Shown piece by piece: positions 29,301-36,839 of a stretch of DNA of 64,000 nt. This DNA is from Monocercomonoides exilis PA203. Taxonomy: Eukaryota; Protista; Preaxostyla. The stretch's first letter is position 1. Every line of letters starts with the position of its first letter. The stretch is from contig LSRY02000044.1 in the NCBI GenBank assembly GCA_001643675.2, forward strand, positions 558,001 through 622,000. The letters are read 5' to 3'. Position numbers and translations under genes: made by a program. The notes under the pieces were generated by a model. It made no database searches. It had not been told where the DNA came from and saw nothing but the letters and a program-made list of their open reading frames with translations.

Positions 29301-32300
29301 TGATCTCATCGGGTGGTGTTCTTCAACTTGAAAGCTGTTTATTTGAGATTCGATCATCAACAGATATTGTTCAATACTCATTGATATCCACAACCAGTGG
29401 AAGTTGCACATTGAAAGGATGCAGTTTAGCAGATTGTTCGTTTGTCAAATCTCCATTGGTAATGGCTTCTTCTGTTTTATTTGAAAACAGCAACTTTTCA
29501 AACATTGTGAATACTGGTAGAGGTGAAGGAGGCATTGCAAAAGTGACATTGAAAGGGAATGAAAAACTGGAAATAAAATCAACAAATGTGTCATCTTGTT
29601 CGCTTTCATCAAGAAATGGAAAAGGAGGATTCTTGTATTTGGATTGTCAAAACTGTTTAAATGAAAAGCCATTTCTTTTTGATGCTTTCATAACTTTAAA
29701 GAATAACAATGCAGCCATTGGAAAGAATATGTTCATTTTGGGAAAGGATTTTAATTCTTCTGTGACAAATGAGTCATTCAAGTTCGATTACTCATCAATG
29801 ATCAATGATAAAACTCTGTTTGTGGGGAGTGACAACTTTCATTCAAACAAGGATTTATTCATGTTCCTCGTTCCATACAGCTCATTTGAGATATTTATCT
29901 CATCAGGAGGATTTGATGTTGCACGTTGTGGAAGTGAGGAAGAGCCATGCTTCACAATGTGGAAAGGGATGGAAAACATGAAAGATGAAGAAGGAAATAA
30001 AACAATTCAGATTGAAGGATCAACCGTTATTCTAGATTCTTTCAATGTTTCCAATTATTTGATCAAAAAGGGTGTGAAGATGGGAGAGGAAGATACAAAA
30101 GCAAATTTGAAATTTGAAAAGACAATTGGAAATAAATTGGAATATTTCATGGTGAATAACGTTCATCTTGAATTGACAAATATCCAACTCCAATTAACAT
30201 CGGGATTCGACAACTCAGCCAAAACAATTATTTCAAACAAAGGAGGAGATTTGGTGATTACTGGATGTTCATTCCATTCAGAGGCTGGAGTGAACAATGG
30301 ATTTGATTGTGCATTTGTGGATGTGATTGGAGGCAGTGTGGAAGTGAATGATTTGTCATTGGAATCATGCAATGTTGGAAACAGTATTTTTGTCATTCAC
30401 GATGCTGGAATAACTTGCCATTTTGTGAATGTTCGAGTGGAATCGTTGAATGAAAGTGGAGGGTGCATTTTATCAATCAAGAAATCTGAACCAGGATTGA
30501 AGATAAATGAAGGAGTAAATGAAGAATGTGTAAATCTTGAGATTGATAATTCATCATTTTCAGGAGTAAAGAGAAGTGACAATGGACCAAGCATTTTGGA
30601 TTCAAAGAGTGAGAATAAGATTTGTTTTGTTGTAAAGGAGAGCAACATCACAGAAGATAAGGCAGAATATAGTGAAAAAGGAGGGGCGATATTCTTCACA
30701 TTGGGATCGTTTGGATCAATGAATATGATTGACTCAAAAATCACTAATTGCAATTGCAGTATTAGTGAAGGGAAAGGAGGAGGAGTGTATTTGGCCACAA
30801 AGGAAAGAGGAGATTTGAATTTTTCATTTGTGGGGATGAAATTCAGTGACAACGGTGCAAGTGTTGGAAAAGATGTTTTCATTCATTGCTTTAACATATC
30901 TTCGCAGATCAATGAAACCCAATTTCAATTTGATCTTCGAGAAGGTCATTATTCACGAATTAATGCAATATATGGAATGGATAGTTGCGATTATCCAAGC
31001 GATACTGATCTGATTGAATTTGTGACGATTCATCAGAGTGATACGATCATTGTGAACAGCTTGAATGGATCAAACGAAAAACAATGTGGAACGAACATTC
31101 TTCCTTGTTATTCAATTAATCATGGGCTGGTGCATCTGACTTCGGAATATGTGAGTCTGTTGCACATTGACACCAAGAGCGCAATTGAGGAAGAGATTAA
31201 TTTGAAGGAAATGAGTCTGAGTTCAAAGAGCAGAGAGATGTGTGAAGTTGAAGTGAAATCAAGCATTGAAAAAACAAGAGAGGCATTGATGGCAATAACA
31301 GGAACAGTCTCATTGTTGAGAGTGAATTTTGTGTTTGATTCAAATTTCATCTCTTCACATGAATCACTGATATCACCAGAGGGAGGAATTCTTGAGATAA
31401 TAAATTGCTCATTTGACTCAAAACAATCCAATGAAGAAGGAAATGCTGAATTTGCAATCATTCCATTTCACATAATAAACATGGAAAAAGGAGAATTACA
31501 ACTTGATGGATGCTCAATATCAAATCTCATTATTCATGAATCAGCATTGTTTCTTTCTTCTCAACTTCCATCAGTGATTTATTTGTTTGAGATCAGCAAT
31601 TCAACAATGAAAACATCTCTGATAGATATAAAGGAATGTGGACAATTAACAATTAAAGATTTCAAAACAGAAAATATCACAGTTGAAGGAAATGAAGAAT
31701 CATTGATATCTTGCTTTTCAATGAAAAAAACGATGCAGTTGGCAAATTGCACAATAGGTGGAGTCAGTTCAAACAATACAAAAGGGAAATTGATGAAATT
31801 GGAGAATTGTTTGGATGTGAAAATGGACAGTTGCATTTTTGATGGGAATTCAAAGGAAAGAAATGAAAAGAATCTGAATGCAGAAGAAGAGATGTGCAGA
31901 TGGGAAGGTTCTGTTGTGGATGTTGTGAAGAGTTCTGTGATGATGAAAGATACAACAATATCGAATTCACCAGAAGGTGGAATAGCAATGAGTGGAGGAA
32001 ATGTGATAATTAAGAAAGGAGAGTTTTTGAATAACAATCCATCAATTGAAGGATATCCATCATTGAGAAGAAACATCATCTGCTCAGACTCAGGGGCATT
32101 GAATGTGATGAGTTTGAAAGGAGGAGATGGAGTAAAAGATAGCTCCTCACTTTGGATGTTGAATGAAGGGTGCAATTTTGAAGGGATTGCTTCAGAGAGG
32201 GATACATCATTCTTTATTCCAGTTCTGGAAAGCGTTGAAGCAAAAGAAGAGACAAACAGAATGAAGCTGACATTCAAAGGAATGCTTCTTGTTCCATGTA

Positions 32301-33565
32301 ATTTGTCATTCTCAGTTGTAAAGAGAAAAGGAGATGAGAAAGAGATTGAAAAACATGATTTTGATTCAAATGGATTCTTATCGGAAAGAGAAGTTGAAGG
32401 AAGTGTGGGAAAAGATTTTATAAGCGGTTGTGGAGATGAAATAGAAGTGAGTGTGCACATTTTGTTTGGGAATGCAGAATCTCCATTATCAACAGATTCA
32501 TTCATTCTGAAGAACAAAAGTGAAACTGAACCAAAAGGAGATGAAATAATATCAAAAGGAGAGGATAAAATTGAATGGAGTTTATTTGCATTTATTGGCT
32601 GTGTTGTTGTTGTAATAATTCTATTGTTTGTAATTGTTGTGGTTGTTGTATTTCTGAGAAAGAAACTGAGGAAAGCCGAAAAGAGAGTTGAGAAAGAGAG
32701 ATTGGAAAATGAGCAGATTTTGGAGAAGATGGAGAGGAGAAGAAGGGAAAACAATGGAGAGAGCTTTGAGATGAGTGAAATGCCATCGACGTTGCTGGAA
32801 GGGATGACGAGCCAAATTCCACTTTTCATTGACAGCGATGAAGATCTTCCAGAGCCTCCACCAATGACTGATGGAGAGCTGAATGAGAATGATCTTCCAG
32901 ATTTGGAATCTCCATTGCTATTTACTGATGATGTGTCTATTTCTGAAGTTCATCAGAACAATTCATTCAATGTGATATCAGCAAAGAAGCCATTCAGAGA
33001 GAAGGAAAAAAAGAACCTGGAAACATTGCATTCAGTGATTCATTCCGTTCAAGGTGATTTCGCACTGGGAACGAGAGCAATGGATGTTTTTGATGGGAAG
33101 GAAGTGGTTTTGGCAGTGGCAGAGCTGTTTGAGCATTTGATTTCTGTTGGAGATGAAAGGGTGGTAATGATGGGGAGGCAACTGTGTCCGTATATGATCT
33201 TTGTTGAGGAAGGAAACAATGAAATATTTGTTTTGACAGAGGAATTGGAGGAAGAGAAGCAGAAGGAAGAAATGAAGCGATGGAAGGCTCCTGAAGAGAG
33301 AGATGAGGAAATAGAAAAGGCAGTTGTTTTTACACTTGGACTGATTCTCCATGAAGTGACAACAGGGGAAGTGCCTTTGAGCGAATGTGGTGCGGAGGAA
33401 GCGCAGGAGATGATAAGGGATGGGGTGCGACCGCTGACAGAAGGAATCGAAGGAGAAGATCTGGTTGAGCTGATGGAGAAGATGTGGGCAGATGAGCCAA
33501 AGGAAAGGCCCACATTGATAGAGGTGAAAGAATCGTTGAGAGAATTGATAGAAAACGATGTGTAG
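20381..33565 (+). CDS. 4,394-aa type I membrane receptor-like protein: signal peptide, 9 tandem beta-helix (pectin-lyase/Pmp-like) modules, one TM helix and a degenerate TKL-type kinase C-lobe
   Basis: Intronless ORF with a hydrophobic N-terminus. Nine modules open with V..G.D...CG....(P/R)C and mostly close with GGG(I/V/M)...GK(D/N)(V/L)F-type motifs. TM segment LFAFIGCVVVVIILLFVIVVVVVFL is followed by RKK. The tail RWKAPEE...VFTLGLILHEVTTGEVPL...RP...LMEKMWADEPKERPT matches kinase subdomains VIII-XI. Confidence 0.9.
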   Translation: MSIIALGIAALAAELCLQEGGWGAWGEEWKMGKEREKTEMVPAGAGKGESGIINGRKVNNIYVDARGARENEEENEKANGLKDLDEEKPNEEKETDEKENGRKREINNNSAHATRGRGRNGVFGAEGSEIEGSWRLKNSSATWSGLGLQTSGNRNVILAEKGSEVVICGCSVAVLDEISPFNFDGSCGLFANISLRSSSTSTLTSTEQIFPPLFSSKAVEGEICEKCHISVCSSHFSSFCVSSAPFISSHFVCLSQLEFFNISTNPSKTTYLAEGQIQTSFLMSGCTFLSVWDVYDGGIVPSLNSPSSSLSASNTSFVGCYRTQNVAVNGSEGNPSKPGRQQITDSGANSFTWCVWNGSKTTGSGTSYSDGASNGGAIYMYNKASGTLSVKFCSFNDCYAYYGGGAITAYEIRSITVDNTSFNACTAQNYEGGGIDIYSISLCVRISGCELQKCNAINRGGGLYLSTFQVSGSSCIGTDNGKGESACVFECSFTSCSVTKANGGGMFCQNVPAAFKMRSLQFISCSAVSYGGGFWFNPWQQAAPTKNIYCYFFFFHDCSCNASTPYGHDVYFRDADNIFSSYNPFYESYTTNSNDKRVCYAYYSGGWYYQHTEKKDWLKDKTIYVGVSGDDTSNLCGMSEAAPCKTVGHAVGSSMAQLSSAITLLSGRHVSENSTISVGEKTISVVGRGKTVSVIGTNSLSTSSTTLFSVSSGQLEVGHVEIDHNSMRSPSPSVFVVSVGSGTLSLEDVVIDSSTSGGSVISSSVFEVALKQLKMVDVEIKNMKMSQSLFAEPSSAGSSSGESVLANVTIRNVNRTEGDGVVMAKSVKGGETFVAWNTTIEGCECLNGDGGGIKVVLEDSTSKVLIGGSTSQSEGTTTFNQCKSSGYGGGVMLYLADNSFDFTITSVSFIGCSTTLGGKDVFVNGSRLVSGTITATKLNISRNVSINDELMGYDRNEEEMGIFPLNMFLEAFSGAAHVGNAVNGYGGYDWWFCGFGYFPCKTITKVAENRFGSSKKNIVLDSGFELGEVVSMAGSYEWEVYCGINKTNVNVRVPGGMTSSCLINVESASSIKNIGFQIPFSLSSATSLICLTSSSLTLTDCSVAHSSESTSSVAFGYSIVNAQSGSLKMERFVMEEGLAFNDHSAIEFCEGMTSVICSGCNISGVKRNGGDGGWMKGTVGGSGTLTVDGCNVNGCSCGGGNGGGIYVGLKGNGKVVVSGTSVIDGNKAENNGGNGGRGGGMFVLMESGECGLTIGKNVQFSKDHGNVATYGKDVFVDCGSGVFLESKVNTSSFSFFDTSTIPSDVFQLSGSENGEESGVIPLFVYLCSMGTKVLVDGSGGNGKDHNHCGFDAFRCLTVDYCANSRLSESSKEIEVVSSSSITKEITVPSFGVIISGRITSEEGERMGVNVSDGGSATQDWLVGCSSLLTMSRLSFVVKGQLNSRRSAFIHSTTTLSVTNCSISFESGALTDGKIKYSIIEMAGGNLIVDGFVMESGVTLTMNGKSPITMTSGARLEILNSRMSGVEVNVAGGSGGGGCLNVGMGVNGNVKIEESNLSSTCSGGSGMKGGGMMISFGSRGTLKVKGVKLSGCAVPSEDIENGGRGMGGGMFAELANQMGTFSLESMTFEGCNAWKGKNLFVEAQDLTTVINSTSIGFDPEIGIKVADLNELCGRERDEAELIVPLVVFLRTFSSPAYVSGREQGSEFKLCGYEDYPCKGIGNVGEVQFPSSERTIRLTSTFSFDEEVNLDEQSYEIDSSNKDVGIKIGGTGTKTQEALVMNSVLSTLTGILFEFGGSIGERSSFVHSSGGTLRFGNCGIKMGNGVDSANYVFVSASGGTLSISGFSMTYVRFGMNPFIVVDGSGEASIEDSLLESVETTNMKGLIDYSSPSSSLTIGNVTAQECVMGGKGLIWDDNGKKLGMRNCTIMKMSSLEGNGSVVSGEVGDGCAVEVNDVVIEECGTLKGCGGGMSVILKGTGEMRLGKSGVVTSFEKCSAGGEGSVGGYGGGVLLRCEEGGRDFVMSGLTFGRGEGANTAAHGGNNVFVEGTNLYQLVNNVSFDFLFEIEGEGFNIKDLMGAENGNELKLIPIVVFFREKPSVGYVNGGNGGMDYHKCGYPDFPCSTLPYAGTSVFGTSPATLKLVDGSSISDEMILNTQEMNIDGDVEKANIGISEGGENEFLIKSERAISFSSLAFSITTFAESRKECVFLCSASTLRFEGCSFGAESEKIGIGLICGKGGKVELAKCEFGDFAMTKLGMVTFDGAGVGGLIDEVIVRNVTREYEGRSLFELRNGGDVEIKNTTMNESSFDDGNEIEIGEGINAKIWNCTFKSIQRVNGNGGVLNGRLGSGKCVDINKCVFEECRCNSASAIGGGIVMIVGDGGKLLFDDNKMNGCTVSDRSGKGGGMHLTFETTNIDYSMKNDDFANNVAQKGEDVYLVCGSPWTMLLPALWEGTATRVTAENRMWVLESSEARKEDSLINYLFPRLGTDLFVSNAGNGLSSCGAKENPCSSVDIGFDRLKDEIERIMLVGAASVSKTINRGGKGLTIKGNEVTKKLVVEEGGKFELTEGDGQTHLTLSLLQISLQCSSSASASGDESIVEVRIGECFILDCLFSGGEGNSNVNECGKWIVIGNGGVIRMERTELNGIKFEGCGVARFGGGSVIFENCSFDGIETSGGGVIVGHSGSEVTLRNMTGLGCVVGAGSLITSNEGSSLRVDGGSRFEDIETESVSGGCVKSEMKLNDLLEIGSTSILRCSANGNGGRGGGIYLDLSDNCVNNFSLTTLTFRENVAAEGRDLFISCKKLNETVTKERFGFEYKYENGEGEGQAVDMKGIDRDYFAESVDLGLFLVEMKRMDVCVSREGYDTLGCGSDGYPCESMWSGISHIDMNGTEGERKVKVRDEGTIEDVYSFTDALAIDGCVNEGDETKYKPVHFEETIKGNSATTSSVISSTVSLSLLSLKLQFPSQFEPNMNSLISSGGVLQLESCLFEIRSSTDIVQYSLISTTSGSCTLKGCSLADCSFVKSPLVMASSVLFENSNFSNIVNTGRGEGGIAKVTLKGNEKLEIKSTNVSSCSLSSRNGKGGFLYLDCQNCLNEKPFLFDAFITLKNNNAAIGKNMFILGKDFNSSVTNESFKFDYSSMINDKTLFVGSDNFHSNKDLFMFLVPYSSFEIFISSGGFDVARCGSEEEPCFTMWKGMENMKDEEGNKTIQIEGSTVILDSFNVSNYLIKKGVKMGEEDTKANLKFEKTIGNKLEYFMVNNVHLELTNIQLQLTSGFDNSAKTIISNKGGDLVITGCSFHSEAGVNNGFDCAFVDVIGGSVEVNDLSLESCNVGNSIFVIHDAGITCHFVNVRVESLNESGGCILSIKKSEPGLKINEGVNEECVNLEIDNSSFSGVKRSDNGPSILDSKSENKICFVVKESNITEDKAEYSEKGGAIFFTLGSFGSMNMIDSKITNCNCSISEGKGGGVYLATKERGDLNFSFVGMKFSDNGASVGKDVFIHCFNISSQINETQFQFDLREGHYSRINAIYGMDSCDYPSDTDLIEFVTIHQSDTIIVNSLNGSNEKQCGTNILPCYSINHGLVHLTSEYVSLLHIDTKSAIEEEINLKEMSLSSKSREMCEVEVKSSIEKTREALMAITGTVSLLRVNFVFDSNFISSHESLISPEGGILEIINCSFDSKQSNEEGNAEFAIIPFHIINMEKGELQLDGCSISNLIIHESALFLSSQLPSVIYLFEISNSTMKTSLIDIKECGQLTIKDFKTENITVEGNEESLISCFSMKKTMQLANCTIGGVSSNNTKGKLMKLENCLDVKMDSCIFDGNSKERNEKNLNAEEEMCRWEGSVVDVVKSSVMMKDTTISNSPEGGIAMSGGNVIIKKGEFLNNNPSIEGYPSLRRNIICSDSGALNVMSLKGGDGVKDSSSLWMLNEGCNFEGIASERDTSFFIPVLESVEAKEETNRMKLTFKGMLLVPCNLSFSVVKRKGDEKEIEKHDFDSNGFLSEREVEGSVGKDFISGCGDEIEVSVHILFGNAESPLSTDSFILKNKSETEPKGDEIISKGEDKIEWSLFAFIGCVVVVIILLFVIVVVVVFLRKKLRKAEKRVEKERLENEQILEKMERRRRENNGESFEMSEMPSTLLEGMTSQIPLFIDSDEDLPEPPPMTDGELNENDLPDLESPLLFTDDVSISEVHQNNSFNVISAKKPFREKEKKNLETLHSVIHSVQGDFALGTRAMDVFDGKEVVLAVAELFEHLISVGDERVVMMGRQLCPYMIFVEEGNNEIFVLTEELEEEKQKEEMKRWKAPEERDEEIEKAVVFTLGLILHEVTTGEVPLSECGAEEAQEMIRDGVRPLTEGIEGEDLVELMEKMWADEPKERPTLIEVKESLRELIENDV

Positions 33566-33743
33566 CCACAATTAACAAGAGAAATAAGATGCATTCTGAT
33601 CAAAATAGTACGTTTTCATATCACTTCAATTTCATAACATTTCACATTCATTATTTCGCATTCATTATCTCTTTTCATCCATTTTCATTTCATTCATTTC
33701 AATTTTTGTCTCATTTTTTTTTTATCGTTTTTATTTCTTTTTC

Positions 33744-34068
33744 ATTCGTTAGAGAACTAATTAAAATACAACTCCTCTTTCTATTTGGGATAGAGCTTCG
33801 TTTTATGGGCTCAGCCGATCAATGTGACGTGAAATTTGTGGTGTTTGCTGATGTGATGAAAAAGTTAAAAAGAATTAAAATGTTAGCATCGAAAAAAAGA
33901 CTGTGCAAGTTTGCACTGAGGAGTTATATCTTTCATTTTAAACGATAAAACACGAAGGCTATCAACCTGCAAGAAAAAGTTTTATTAACTGTAAGTTCCA
34001 TGGGTGGGAAAAGCTTCGCTTTGTGGAGGGAAAAGAGGAGTTGTATATTAATTAGTTCTCTAACGAAT
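33744..34068. mobile_element. MITE-like element (family B), ~325 bp; a truncated second copy lies at 34095-34135
   Basis: 37-bp inverted repeats ATTCGTTAGAGAACTAATTAAAATACAACTCCTCTTT at 33744-33780 and 34032-34068, one mismatch. The left end recurs as a direct copy at 34095-34135. Confidence 0.7.
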
Positions 34069-34132
34069 TAAAAAGCATTAGCTTCTTAATTCTCGAGAAC
34101 TAATGAAAATACAACTCCTCTTTCTATTTGGG

Positions 34133-34394
34133 ATATGGGTGATTATTTTCGAAATCATAACTTTTTTGGGGTATCAATTTTTCAAACGTTGTTAATCATT
34201 GGGAAGAGACATTGTGCTTATATTGTTAAATTATCACAACTGCTTTCAAAACAAATGATAAAGCTGAAATAAAGATGATAATGTTTCTAATTGGTCTTTT
34301 CCCTATGCAGTGATCATTAATTCATATTCAAAGGAAATTCTTGAACCGTAAATTTTTAATGAAAAAATATGACTTCAAAAATAATCACCCATAT
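34133..34394. mobile_element. MITE (family A, ATATGGGTGATT ends)
   Basis: Ends ATATGGGTGATTATTTTCGAAATCATA and TATGACTTCAAAAATAATCACCCATAT. The interior is homologous to 52271-52535. It sits at a TA inside the second family-B copy. Confidence 0.75.
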
Positions 34395-34396
34395 CA

Positions 34397-35888
34397 TTAA
34401 TTGGGCATGTTTTGTGTCTCCTCTTCCATTAATATTGCGTAGGCTCTTGTTACCACTCTCTCTGTTCGTGTGCATATATTTCTTGATTTCTTGACAGTTG
34501 CATGGGAACATGATCGCTTCGAATCCTCTTCCTGATCCACACCAATATTTTCCTTATTATGCAGTTTATCTTCAACTTCTTTGACTTCTTCATTTTCCTT
34601 ATTGCTATCCTTCTCCTCTCCAACTGTCTGCGATGATTGCGACTCTTCGATGTCCATGTCAATGCTGTGTTCTGTGAGAGAGGGAAGCTGTTGTGTTGGA
34701 ATGGAACAATTTGTCTGTAAAGATAGTTGTGGAGAATTGAAAGTTTGTGGTTGCGCCAGCGATAATCCAATTGAATTTGAAGGTTGAAGGCTATGAAAAT
34801 ACTGAGAGGAGGGCTGATGATTAAACGTCTGAGGTTGTTGTTGATACAGTTGTGAAGGATGTGGTCGAGGTGAAAGGACAATATCATGTTGAACAGGAAA
34901 CACGTTTATTGCAGATTGGATTGGAGTCTGGATGTTTGCGAAAGCAGATCCTTGAATTATTTGAGCACTCCAAGGTTGTATTTGAGATCCTGTTTGTGGG
35001 AATGGTTCGTGTTCTGTCAGAACCTGGGCCATCGCTTGAGCAGTGTTTGTTTTGAAGAAAGAATTAGTTGATGTGTGAGCTGTGGGAGACAATCGAGCAA
35101 AGTGTGCTTCCATAACCTCCGGAACTCCAGCGGCAAGGAGAGCAGACAAAGTTGCATGCTTTATTGTGTAAGGCCAAAACGAGGGGTTGATTCCTGCCTG
35201 CTTCAATGCCTCCTTTGCAAGTTTACGAATTCCATCCTTTGACATTCTTGATCCATTTCTCGTGTTTTTAATGAACGTGTCTCTACCTGGATACAAAACT
35301 TTAATTTGGTTCCAAAGTTCCAATATTGTTCGCACTGGACAAACATCTGACTGGATCTCCTTCAGTTTAGGGACTGTGATGAACGATCTTGCGAGTCTTT
35401 TTTACAATTGGACTGAAAGATGAATTGCATTCTCAGAGATTATCGAATCGTTCATTGAAATGCTCGCCAGTTCTGAAAACCTGCATGCAGTGAATAATAT
35501 ACACAGAGTTATTGATTTCAATGTCAGAGAGAATACGCTCAAAGTCTCGTTGGGCCACAGAGTTCTGAGATAATTGTAAAGGACCTGTGGATCTCATATT
35601 TCCTCGTACGGAGCTCTTTTCTTTTCCTTTCTCATGATAGAGCGAAAGAATGTCTTTATTATCGGAACTGTTCCAAAATCGAAAGAGAAAGCACTTCTTG
35701 TGAATAGCGACACTGCGGACCTTGTTTGCTTTAAGCACTGAGGAGGAAAACCCTCATTATCTAAGCATATGAAAGTGTCCAAGCACTTCCTCACCCAAAT
35801 CACAGGATCTGACGGTAGCTCCCCCATATTCCCCTTGATCCAAGATTTTGCAAAATGTGCGAATCCAAATGTGTATGTTGTCCATGTT
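34397..35888 (-). pseudogene. Tyrosine recombinase of DIRS/Crypton type, with two nonsense codons and a truncated 5' end
   Basis: One frame: TWTTYTFGFAHF...PYEEI*DP...FTACRFSEL (box I Arg)...VQL*KR...VCPVRTI...WPYTIKHATLSALLAAGV...ARLS..AHT..SFF (degenerate box II, catalytic Tyr apparently replaced by Phe). Stops at 35594-35596 (TGA) and 35402-35404 (TAA). Coding is cut at the TIR at 35889. Confidence 0.8.
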
Positions 35889-36535
35889 AGAGATATGGTA
35901 TACCCGCTATGGATCCATCTCGATGAGGTCAATCAATATTATCGATTCATGAATATCTGGTAGTTATTATCATCTTGTATAATAAGCTGGAATAGGCAAT
36001 GATAATGAGATAGAGATAGAGGGTTATTGATGAGACTCTTAGGGGTTTCTCATGATTAGATAATCAGTGATGTTCTATAAAGATGGAGTAATTGAAAGGT
36101 GTAATCGAGATATATCCATAGCGGGTATACCATATCTCCAAGGAGAAGAATTAGCTAAAAGATTAACTGGAAGTGTTCAAGTTGGTAAATTAGTGGTGAA
36201 ATTGTGTGAAAATTGATGTTTTCGTTGATGAAATACATGAGTTGAACATGTGTCGAACGTTGATGAAATAGCAAATAAAAATAATTGATTTTGTTTTTTT
36301 GTTTTATCGTAAATGGGTCGGAAGAAGATATTCTCGACTGTGGAAGAAGCGAAAGAGGCTCAACAGAAACAAATTAAACAGTTTCAGGAAAAACGTAAAG
36401 AAGAAATTAAGTATTACAACGAACATGTATCTGAAAAACAGAAGAAAATGATTAAGATATTGAGGAGAAAGGTTATCGAAAGTGATGAGCTGTTAGATGA
36501 GTTGATGGAAAAAGTTAGTGGTTATTGCCTGCACA
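35889..36535 (+). repeat. Left TIR (647 bp)
   Basis: Reverse complement of 39647-40293. It appears identical over 35917-36522, with mismatches only at the outer ~28 bp and inner ~13 bp. Confidence 0.9.
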
Positions 36536-36594
36536 GGGTGGATAGGTTAAGCTGGACAGAAAATGCAAATGATGCTGTGTTGTGGAAATATTGA
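36313..36594 (+). CDS. Small charged helical protein (93 aa) starting in the left TIR
   Basis: MGRKKIFSTVEEAKEAQQKQ...; the first 70 aa are identical to the right-TIR copy. Start context TCGTAAATG. Confidence 0.6.
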   Translation: MGRKKIFSTVEEAKEAQQKQIKQFQEKRKEEIKYYNEHVSEKQKKMIKILRRKVIESDELLDELMEKVSGYCLHRVDRLSWTENANDAVLWKY

Positions 36595-36839
36595 GTAAAA
36601 TCTCCATGCTGGAAGTGTGGACAGGTGGACAGGACTGGGCAGGATAATTTAAATTCTTCAAAGAATGTGTGCAAACGGGCAAACTGAGCAAATTGGGCAA
36701 AATAAAATTTATGTTTTAATTAACTGTTTCCCTTCAAAGTTCGACATCAACCTCAACATCATCTTCCTCGTAAATGTTCGTTTCAAAAATAAATCTGTTT
36801 CATTTTAAAAAAAAATTTGTTTTTTTTAATTTTAATAAA

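Noticed and set aside
20275-33603. Minus-strand ORFs within the receptor gene
   Set aside because: They are antisense shadows of the 4,394-aa ORF.
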